From the NCBI GenBank assembly GCA_963842525.1, contig CAWJGT010000003.1, forward strand, positions 384,001 through 448,000: DNA of 64,000 nt, given 5' to 3'. Position 1 is the first letter of the stretch, and each line of letters opens with the position of its first letter. Below, piece by piece: positions 1-8,600 of the stretch. The DNA is from an uncultured Holophagales bacterium. Lineage in GTDB: Bacteria > Acidobacteriota > Thermoanaerobaculia > Multivoradales > UBA5704. The notes beneath the pieces were generated by a model, which made no database searches, was not told the origin of the DNA, and worked only from the letters and a program-made list of their open reading frames with translations. The position numbers and the translations under genes were made by a program.

Positions 1-16
1 CGGCCCGCGAGGTCGC

Positions 17-295
17 TCAGGGACGGCCGTTGGGATCGAGGAGGGAGCCGTTCTCGCCGGGCTCGGAGCCCGCGCTGGCGCTGTTCGGATCGAGGCCGGA
101 GCCGTTCTCGCCCCAGATGGCGGAGAGGAAGCTCCAGAACTGGGCGAAGAGGCCCTGGGCGGACTGGTGATGCTCGGGGGCCGAGTGGATGGTGTGGCCC
201 TGGGGCAGGGCCTTGGCGTGGGTGGGGCCGAGGAGGACCAGGGCTAGCAGGGCGAGGGTGAGGATGAATGGGGGGCGGGTGGGGTGTCGGGGCAT
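17..295 (-). CDS. Small secreted-type peptide (92 aa) with an N-terminal signal peptide, an amphipathic Trp/Phe helix and two C-terminal GENGSxLDPN repeats
   Basis: ATG at 295 with AGGAGG (cctcct at 300-305 on +) just upstream. Basic N-terminus plus hydrophobic stretch FILTLALLALVLLG ending in AKA. 30-bp repeats at 29-58 and 83-112 (27/30 identical). Confidence 0.75.
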   Translation of the reverse strand: MPRHPTRPPFILTLALLALVLLGPTHAKALPQGHTIHSAPEHHQSAQGLFAQFWSFLSAIWGENGSGLDPNSASAGSEPGENGSLLDPNGRP

Positions 296-299
296 GAGA

Positions 300-360
300 C
301 CTCCTGAGGGCCGCCTCGGCTCGGGCCGTCATGGCCGGAGGGGGCGTGGCCTTCAGGAGG
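300..360 (-). promoter_or_regulatory. 5' UTR hairpin that pairs an anti-SD with the SD of the peptide gene
   Basis: On the - strand, CCTCCTGAAGGCC (360-348) pairs with GGCCCTCAGGAGG (312-300) with one mismatch. There is also an inner GGCC/GGCC stem. Confidence 0.5.
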
Positions 361-392
361 AAGTGTGCGCGCGAGAGTGGCCGAGGGGCCGT

Positions 393-611
393 TCAGCGAC
401 CGAAACGTGCAAGGCGCGGCTCTGGCTGCGCAGAGCCGGGTGCTGCCTCATCCTGAGTCTCCTGCGGAGTGAGCAAAGGTGACTGCTGTGGGTCTCGAGC
501 TTCTTCTGTCCGCTTCAAGTCGGCAAAAATGGCCTTCAGGTCATAGTCGAACTTTGCCGCATGCTCTTGGCGAATTCGGCGGACTTCTTGGACGACAGGA
601 TCTTCGATCAT
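393..611 (-). CDS. Small protein translationally coupled downstream of the PIN-domain gene; putative antitoxin/partner
   Basis: MIEDPVVQEVRRIRQEHAAKFDYDLKAIFADL resembles small helical proteins found after PIN genes. ATGA overlap with the PIN stop at 608-611. Confidence 0.7.
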   Translation of the reverse strand: MIEDPVVQEVRRIRQEHAAKFDYDLKAIFADLKRTEEARDPQQSPLLTPQETQDEAAPGSAQPEPRLARFGR

Positions 612-1087
612 GGGTCACCTCCGAGGAGCTCTTCGGGAGTACAGATGAACGGTAGGGCAAGGCCCCTTTCAACTAGAAACCGTGCCAGCCTCTTCTGGAT
701 TTCGGGGTTGGCGATGTGCGCACAGTTCCAGGTCATCAGATAGTCCACATCATGAAGGGTCGCGACGGCAATATGTAGACCGTCCTCGGCCGCTTTCTCC
801 GGCAGAAGGCGCCGCTGGACAAACTCGCTCGCGAGCAGAAGCGCTTTTTCCGTCAGAGCCAGACGAGGCAGTCCGGCAAGGAGGTCGAGGCGCCGCCGGG
901 CCATCTCTGGATCACCACCCTCGGCCTCGCGGAGCACGAGCTCGGAGACGACGAGGTCGAAGTCGTGCCTGCGCCTCTCCCACCACTCCATTGTAATCTG
1001 CTGGTGCGCGGCGGTGATCACCGTCCGGCTCGGACGGGCCGTCAGGTAGCTGATGATCGTCGTTTCCAGGTAGACGCGACGTCCCAT
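608..1087 (-). CDS. PIN-domain (VapC-like) ribonuclease, type II toxin-antitoxin toxin
   Basis: Likely start MGRRVYLETTIISYL (ATG at 1087). Acidic PIN motifs VYLET, SELVLREA and EDGLHIAVA...DYLMTWNCAHIAN. Confidence 0.85.
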   Translation of the reverse strand: MGRRVYLETTIISYLTARPSRTVITAAHQQITMEWWERRRHDFDLVVSELVLREAEGGDPEMARRRLDLLAGLPRLALTEKALLLASEFVQRRLLPEKAAEDGLHIAVATLHDVDYLMTWNCAHIANPEIQKRLARFLVERGLALPFICTPEELLGGDP

Positions 1088-1156
1088 GGAGTGGCACCTT
1101 ACCACAGGGTGATTCTTCTATCCTTTAGCGAGAACCTGCGATCCGGCCCAACGCAA

Positions 1157-1444
1157 TCACCACCGATCGGGAGACGAGAAGCCGTACCCGGGGCGCGGCG
1201 GCACGCAGGAGCCGATGGAGGGCGGCGGAAGCTGGCGTGCCACGGCGACGGCCGCCTCCGCACAGTCGAGCATCTTGTCGGGGTCGCCGTACCGATGCTC
1301 GAAGCACTGCTCGACGAGGTGATCGACCAGCGCGGGCTCGCGATATCGACGGAGCGAGCCGGCCGCCAGGAGGCGGCGTGGACGTGGGAGCTCGAGGAGC
1401 TCTCGGGCGAGCTCGTGTGGTGGGCGGAATCGGCTTGGCAGCAC
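1157..1444 (-). pseudogene. Truncated fragment of a helical/TPR-like protein
   Basis: ELARELLELPRPRRLLAAG..RYREPALVDHLVEQCFEHRYGDPDKMLDCAEAAVAVAR reads as a TPR-protein segment, then degenerates into Pro-rich sequence. Confidence 0.4.
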
Positions 1445-2013
1445 CTTGGCATTCCTCTACGGGCTGTAATAACGTAGATGCAGATTGCCGAGGGTGTCAA
1501 GGGGCGGAGGACCACGGGCACGCGGGTCATGGCGTGCCCGTGATCACGCTACGAGCGGGGTTGGCAGGCCGCCGGGTTGCCCCAGGGGTCGATACAAGGT
1601 GAATTGTCGCTCTGGAGAGTGGACGGGGGGGCCGGATAGGCCGGGTCGCCGGTGGAGTCGAGCGAGTACGAAGTGTCGGGCGCGTCCAAGCCGAAGAGCG
1701 GCGCCACGAAGTTGACCACGGCAGCCCACCAACTCGTGGCCTGGCTGTCGAGGCGGCCGCCAGGCCAGGCGTGCGCCGGCGTGACGGCGAGGCTAGCCCA
1801 CCCTGCAGCCCTACCTCTCCGTCCTTCAAGACACCCTCGACGTCACCGCCTGGGACAAGTGGGACGCCGACCACCGCCGCAAATTCATCGCCGACCTCGC
1901 CAGCTTCCGGCGACCGTCTCTGCACCTTCCAGAGGATCGCCGACAACGCGGTCCCCGCCGAATCGGTTGTCATCGCGATTGCCGACCGGATCCGTAAGCC
2001 ATGCTCAGCGAGC

Positions 2014-2442
2014 TTAACGCGCTTCCATCACATCCGGTTTCGCGGGGGTCAGGCGGATCACCGGGACGACGTTGGAGTAGCCGCGACCGTCCGGATGAAT
2101 GTGATCGGTATCGAAGAAGTTCTGGCCGTCGTAGGCCAGACGGTTGTGGCGAAGGACTTTGACGGCGAGCATGACCTTGCCTGCGGCAAAGCCTTCGGCG
2201 ATGGCAGCGGACTTCTGCTGGACGGTCGCGAGGGCGGTGCCCCTCTCGATGTCGTTGCGATCAACGGCGTCAGTGATCTCGTACTTCTCTCCGACAATGG
2301 TGATCGGAGTGGCGAAGGAGCGCTGGACGATACGTTCGCCGACCCACTTGTGGAGCTGCGTGAAGAGGGTGGTCCATTCGATCGTGAGGCTCTTGGCCTT
2401 CGTCGGATTGGGGACGGTCGCGGTGAGCTGCGGTAGCAGCAC
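2014..2442 (-). pseudogene. Mu-like prophage major head subunit (gpT family), partial
   Basis: Hallmark AYDGQNFFDTDH plus KWVGERIVQ and KYEITDAVDRNDIE. Only about 140 aa, with no good start and an early stop, whereas intact gpT is about 300 aa. Confidence 0.75.
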
Positions 2443-3004
2443 GTTGGCCGCAGACCGGTCGTAGAGGTCGAGGGCGTAGGGGGTGACGACGCGGGCACAA
2501 CCCCAGAGGAGCAGGCCGACGATTTCGCGGCTCTTTCCCAGCGCGCCTTCGACGGAGTTCCGGGGACGCGGGTGGGTGGTGGGGACGTTGCCGTCCCTGC
2601 GGAGGGATCGACCTCGCGCGGGTGGCGGAAGCGCTTGACCCGCTCGGTCGTGGTCAGTGGACGCCCGCGATGTAGATCACGCCGAGCAGTGCCCGCCGCC
2701 ATCCAGGCAGGCGACCTCAACGGCCTGGCCGAGCTTGTGGCGACCTCCATGGCGGGCCAGCTCGCGCTTGCCCATGGCGAGCTCGCCGTCCTGATCCAGG
2801 AAGGCCTCGTCGTCCAGGTTCCCATCGTGGGCCGTAACGCCGAAGGCGAGAAGGAAAGAAAAAGAAGAAGCCCGCCCCCCGTCCTGAAAGCCAAGGTCGC
2901 CGTCCTCGCCCACCGCCGCCTAGTGACCGGAGGCCAGCCAAGCCCATCCCTGGAGACCGAATCCCAGCAAGCCCTCACCTGGCTCCGAGACGTCGTTCTC
3001 TCCC

Positions 3005-3036
3005 CTCGTACGTTTCTCGTACGTTTCTCGTACGTT
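3005..3036 (+). repeat. Tandem 11-bp direct repeat CTCGTACGTTT (about 3 copies); candidate integrase arm-type sites
   Basis: Copies at 3005-3015, 3016-3026 and 3027-3036, about 140 bp from the att core. Confidence 0.7.
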
Positions 3037-3110
3037 ACCACCCCCGGTTACTGCCGGTCAAGCCCGAGAAGTTCCGGGGAGGAGACAGGTAGGTGAGTCG
3101 TGTAAGTCGA

Positions 3111-3153
3111 TTATTTGCCGTTATTTGCCGGGATGTTCCGGGATATTCCGGGA
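3111..3153 (+). repeat. 10-bp phased direct repeats (TTATTTGCCG x2; GGATRTTCCG x2) next to the att site
   Basis: Read directly at 3111-3130 and 3131-3150. Confidence 0.65.
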
Positions 3154-3172
3154 AGTGCGTGGAACTTCACCC

Positions 3173-3222
3173 CCTGAATGGGGTTCAGGGGGTCCCGGGT
3201 TCAAATCCCGGCGTCCCGACCA
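3173..3222 (+). tRNA. 3' half of tRNA-Pro(GGG); non-functional fragment serving as the att site
   Basis: Anticodon arm CCTGA-ATGGGGT-TCAGG (GGG at 3180-3182), T arm CCGGG-TTCAAAT-CCCGG, acceptor 3' strand CGTCCCG-A-CCA. No 5' acceptor strand (CGGGACG) or D arm upstream. Confidence 0.88.
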
Positions 3223-3370
3223 ATTATCTCCCGCATTTCCAACAACTTAGCCTCGCTCGTACCCCCGCGAACGGGATAGCGGACCCCGAATTCATTCCGA
3301 GGCTTTAGCCGCAGCTCATTGCCATTGATGCTGAGACCCCGGCACAGCGCGACCTCTTCAGCGCGCCACT

Positions 3371-3413
3371 GTCTGTATAGAATTGCTAAAAAATAGTACA
3401 ATGATGATATAGT
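3371..3413 (+). promoter_or_regulatory. Putative sigma70 promoter for the biosynthetic operon
   Basis: Strongly AT-rich patch. TTGCTA at 3383-3388 and extended -10 TGaTATAGT at 3405-3413, with an alternative -10 TACAAT at 3397-3402. Confidence 0.5.
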
Positions 3414-3670
3414 GCCCGAGGACGATGTTTTCGGGCAGGAGGGGGGGCCCAGAAGGGCCCGCCGCAGCTCATGGCTGCACGGCCTTGCTGATGAAGGGTA
3501 GCGGGGCAAGGTGCGGGTCTCAAGGCCCCCTGATTCGGGGGAGCGTTTCTTCCTGTCCCAGGCACCTCACAACAATCCTCGCATCACTCGGGCATGCAAC
3601 TTTTCCTGCTCTCCTTCGTAGAGGCTTCACATTGTCCACCTCGTCAGGACCGTAGGGTCGATCAGATACA

Positions 3671-5660
3671 ATGTCGGCGTATTCCTTTATTGACCTCGTT
3701 CGCGTGCGAGCTGCCGACCATCCCTCGAGGTTGGCGTGCATCTACCTCCATAATGGTGAGGACGAGGCGGCAAGGCTCACGTTTGGGGAGATCGATGCTG
3801 GCGCGCGCGCCGTTGCCGCCTCCCTGCAACACTGGGCTCCGGGGGAGACCGGGCAGCAACGGGCCTTGCTGCTGTATCCGCCGGGGCTGGAGTTCCTGAC
3901 CGCCTTCTTCGGCTGTCTCTATGCCGGTGTGGTCGCGGTCCCCTGTCAGCCTCCCGGCCCCGCCAGGGCAGGGCGCGAGCAGCCGCACTCCGCGCGGCTG
4001 CGGTCGATCCTCGCGGATGCCTCGCCCTCCTTCCTCCTGACCACGGCGGCGCTTGCCGGACGCGCGCAGGGCCCCACCGCGGGCCTCGCGGCTCTCGCGC
4101 CGCCCCGGCTGCTGGTGACCGACGAGGCGCTCCCCGCAGGGGCCGACGACTGGCGCGAGACCGCTCCGCCGGGCGAGTCGCTGGCCTTCCTGCAGTACAC
4201 GTCGGGCTCCACCTCCGATCCCAAGGGGGTGATGGTCACGCACGGCAACCTGCTGCACAACCAGGAGATCATCCGCACCGCCTGCGAGCATGACGAGGAG
4301 TCGGGCTTCGTGAGCTGGTTGCCGATCTATCACGACATGGGTCTGATCGGCGCCCTGCTCCAGCCGCTCTATCTCGGGTCCTGGTGCGTCCTCATGTCGC
4401 CGGTCGCGTTTCTGCAGCGGCCGGTGCGCTGGCTGCGGGCTATCTCCCGCTATCGGGCGCACACCAGCGGCGGTCCCGATTTCGCCTACAGCCTGTGCGT
4501 CCAGAAGATCTCTGCCGAGCAGCGTGCGGAGCTCGACCTGACGAGCTGGAAGGTGGCCTTCAACGGCGCCGAGCCGGTGCGCGCTGCGACCCTGAACGCG
4601 TTTGCCGAGGCCTTTGCGCCGTTCGGCTTCCGGCGCACGGCGTTCTTCCCCTGCTATGGGCTGGCGGAGGCGACCCTGATCGTCTCGGGCGAGGTCAAGT
4701 CCGCGGCCCCGTGCATCCGTCCCTTCCGCGAGAGCGGGAGCCAGGGCGCGGCCGAGGCGCTCTCCCTGGTCGGGTGCGGTCCGGTGTGGGGAGGGCAGGA
4801 GGTCGCAATTGTCGATCCCGAGACGCTCGCGGAGCGGGAGGATGGCGAGGTGGGGGAGGTCTGGGTCTCCGGTCCGAGCGTGGCGGCGGGGTACTGGAAC
4901 CGGCCGGATGCGACGGAGAGCACGTTCCGAGCCCGGCTCGCGCGCGCCGGCGAGCAGAGGTTCCTGCGCACCGGCGATCTCGGCTTCCTGGCGGACGGGC
5001 AGCTCTTCGTCACCGGGAGGCTCAAGGACCTGCTCATCGTGCGGGGTCAGAACCACTACCCGCAGGACCTCGAGCTGACGGCCCAGGAGAGCCATCCCGC
5101 CGTGCGCGACGGGATGGGGGCGGCCTTCTCCGTCCAGGCGGAGGGTGGCGAGGGTGTCGTGCTGGTGCAGGAGGCCCATCCCCGCCGTCCGCACGACTGG
5201 TCCGCGGCTCTGGAGGCGGTGCGCCAGGCGGTGTCCGAGGAGCACGGGATCGCCCTGCACGCCGTCCTCCTCGTGAAGCCCGGCGCCGTGCCCAGGACGA
5301 CCAGCGGCAAGGTGCAGCGACAGCTCTGCCGGCGCCGGTTCCTCGAGGGGGGGCTCGAGCCGCTGGCCTCCTGGCGGCCGGCCGCCGCGGCAGCGGAGCC
5401 CGCGCCTCGTGCCGTGCCGTTTGCGAGGACCGTCCCGGAGTTCTCTGCCTGGCTGCAGGGCCTGGTGGCGCGCCGGCTGGGTCGCGCCGCTGAAGAGGTG
5501 GACGCCGCGGCGCCGCTGCTCCGTCACGGCCTCGACTCCCTGGCCTCCGTCGAGCTCCTCCACGAGATCGAGTCGGAGCTGGGCGTCGAGCTGCCGCTCG
5601 CGCTGTTGCTGGAGGGGCCGAGCCTCGATCGCCTGGCCGCGGACCTCCACGGCCGGCTCG
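3671..5660 (+). other. FAAL-ACP lipoinitiation didomain
   Basis: FAAL signature motifs followed by an ACP with GLDSL at 5528-5542. Confidence 0.88.
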
Positions 5661-8600
5661 GCCAGGAGGCCGTGTGCGCGCCCATTCCCCCTGGTCCGGA
5701 CGGAGAGGAGGGGGAGCATCCTCTCTCCCCCGGGCAGCGGGCCCTCTGGTTCCTGCAGCAGCTCGACCCGGACGATCCGGCGTACCACATCGTCGCCGCC
5801 GTCCGCCTCGACGGCGCGATCGACAGCGGCGCCCTGCACCGCGCCTTTCGGGCGCTGGCCGGCCGCCACGGCGCCCTGCGCACCACGTTCTCCCTCCGCC
5901 AGGGCGAGCCGGTGCAGCGGGTCCATGCCGACGCCGATCCGGGTTTTGCGGAGGTGGACGCCGCGGGCTGGACCGGGGAGGAGCTCGAGACGCGGCTGGT
6001 GGCGGAGGCCTTCCGCCCCTTCGATCTGGAACGGGGGCCGTTGCTGCGGCTCCATCTCTTCCTCGGAGCTTCCCGGGGGGCGGGTGCTTCTGCTCGGGGT
6101 CCATCACCTCGTCGCCGACTTCTGGTCGCTCGCCGTGCTGCTGCGCGAGCTCGGCCCACTGTACGAGGCGGAGCGTAGCGGCGAGCCGGCCCTCCTGCCT
6201 TCTCTCGAGCTGCCGTACGCCGCCTATGCCCGCTGGCAGGCCGCACTCTGGAACGATGGCGGGGGAGACGAGCGGTACTGGCAGTACTGGAGGGATTGGC
6301 ACGCGTGGTGGGAGGACGAGCCTCCCGGGATCGCGCTGCCAGCCGACCGGCCGCGGGCGGCGCAGCCGGATCACCGTTTCGCGACCTGGACGTTCCGCCT
6401 GGAGGCGCCGGAGGCGGACGGGCTGCGGTCGGCCAGCCGTGAGCTGCGGAGCGACCCTCTTCCATACGCTGCTCGCCACCTTCCAGGCGCTTCTCCACGG
6501 CCTCTGCGGCCAGCGGCGGCTCCTGGTCGGCTCGCCCGCGGCGGGGAGGAGCCGGAGCGGGCTGGCCGGACTGGTGGGCTACTTCGTCAACCCGCTTCCC
6601 CTGCGCTCGGAGGCGTCGGGGGACCCGCCGTTCGCCGCCTTCCTCGAGCGGTCGCGCCGCACGGTCCTGGAGGCCTTCGAGCACGAGGTCCCGTTCCCCT
6701 TGCTGGTCGAGCGCCTCCAGCCGGAGCGGGAGACGGGACGGTCGCCGCTGCTCCGGGCCGTGTTCGCGCTCCACAGATCGCCGTTCCCCGGCCAGGAGGC
6801 GCTCGCGGCCTTCGCCCTGGGCGAGCCGGGGGGACGGCTCGATCTCGGCGGCGGCCTGGTCCTCGAATCGATGCCGCTCGCCGCGCAGCCGGGCCAGTTC
6901 GATCTGACGCTCCTCGCGGCGGAGCTGGGGGACGAGATTCGGCTGTCACTCCTCTTCGACGCGGCTCTCTTCGACCGCACGACGGTCGGCCGCATGGCCG
7001 CGTGCTTCCACACCCTGGCCGGCGCCGTCGCCGCCGATCCGGAGCGGCGCCTCTCGGAGCTGCCGCTTCTTGACGAGGCGGAGCGTCGGCAGGTGCTCGG
7101 CGAATGGAACGACACGGCCCGGCGTGCAGCGGGCGCGGGCCGCATCCACGAGCGGATCGCGGCCCGGGCGGCGGACGATCCGGACGCGCCGGCGGTGGTC
7201 TGCGGCTCTCGGGTGATGACCCGGTCGGAGCTCGTGCGGCGCGCCGGCCTGCTGGCCGCGCACCTGAGGTCGATGGGCGTCGGCCCGGAAAAGGTCGTGG
7301 CGGTGCTCAGCGAGCGGCGCCCGGAGATGGTCGCCGGCCTGCTGGGGGTGTTGGCGGCGGGAGGCGCCTATCTGCCGATCGATCCCGCCCTGCCGCGGGA
7401 CCGCGTGGCCTGGCTGCTCCAGGACTCGCGAGCGGGAGTGCTGCTGGCGAGCACCGGGGCGAGGTCAGGGCTCGGCCCGCTCGGCGTGCCGACGGTCCTG
7501 CTGGATGCGCCGGCCGGGGAGGAGGGAGGGGCGGGAGAGGCTCCGGATAGCGGTGTCACCGGGGAGAGCCTCGCCTATGTGATCTACACCTCGGGATCGA
7601 CCGGCCTCCCCAAGGGCGTCGGGGTCTCCCACGCCGCGCTCGAAAACCTGATCGACTGGCATCTGGAGGCGTTCGGCCTCGCCGGTACGGATGCCGTGAG
7701 CCACGTCGCCAACCTCTCCTTCGACGCCGCGGTGTGGGAGGTCTGGCCCGCGCTCGCCGCGGGGGCGAGCGTGCACCTGCCGGACGAGGAGGCCCGCAGC
7801 TCTCCCGAGGCGCTGCGCGACTGGCTGGCGGCAGAACGCATCCGCGTCGCGTTCGTGCCGACGGCGATGGCCGAACGGCTGCTCGCCCTCGACCCGCCGC
7901 CGGGAGCCCCTCTGCGCCTCCTGCTCACCGGCGGCGACCGCCTCCGCGCCCGCCCCTCCGGCCTGCCGTTCGCGCTGCACAACAACTACGGCCCGACCGA
8001 GAACACGGTGGTGGCGACCTCGGGACCGGTCGCTGCGGCCGGCGGGGGCGGCGCGGGCGGAGAGGACGCGGGGACGCCGCCGAGCCTGGGCCGCCCGATC
8101 GCCAACGTCCGCACCTATCTGCTGGACGGCGCGCTCCGGCCTCTGCCCACGGGGTGCGCGGGCGAGCTGTACCTGGCGGGCGCCAGCCTGGCGCGCGGCT
8201 ATCTGGGGCGGCCCGGCCAGACGGCCGAGCGCTTCCTGCCCGACCCCTTCGGCGCGCCGGGCGGGCGCCTCTATCGCACCGGCGATCGGGCGCGCTGGCT
8301 GCCGGGAGGCGAGCTCGACTTCCTCGGGCGCGCCGACGATCAGGTGAAGGTGCGCGGGTTCCGTATCGAGCCGGCGGAGGTCGAGTCGGCCCTGGCGCGC
8401 CATCCCGGCGTCCACGAGGGCGTAGTGCTGGCGCTGGACGATCCCCGGCGGGGGCCGGGCCTCGTCGCCTTCGTGGCCGGGCCGGCGGTGCCGGCGGTGC
8501 GCGAGCTGCGCGCCTTCCTGAGCGGGATGCTCCCGTCCTACATGATCCCTGCCGCCTTCGTGGCGCTGGCATCGCTGCCGCTGACCGCCAATGGCAAGGT

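Larger units (their letters stand above)
1..3222. mobile_element. Right end of a decayed prophage/genomic island integrated at tRNA-Pro(GGG)
   Basis: Capsid remnant, TA pair and gene fragments, bounded by the duplicated tRNA 3' half at 3173-3222. The left boundary is outside the window, so membership of 1-1100 is uncertain. Confidence 0.6.

Noticed and set aside
2572-3096. 174-aa ORF as an integrase or terminase
   Set aside because: Appears to be a chimera of fragments, with no diagnostic catalytic motif.
3005-3153. CRISPR array
   Set aside because: The repeats are 10-11 bp, tandem and without spacers, and there are no cas genes.
3140-3222. Intact tRNA-Pro gene
   Set aside because: The 5' acceptor strand and D arm are absent, so it is only an att-site fragment.
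3371-3415. Fur box or LexA box (siderophore or SOS control)
   Set aside because: The region is AT-rich but has no convincing match to GATAATGATAATCATTATC or CTGT-N8-ACAG, and no TonB-dependent receptor gene is in the window.
6260-6330. Trp-rich stretch RYWQYWRDWHAWW in the first C domain
   Set aside because: It aligns with the usual YWRxxL C-domain motif and lies between two probable sequence errors, so it is too unreliable to interpret.
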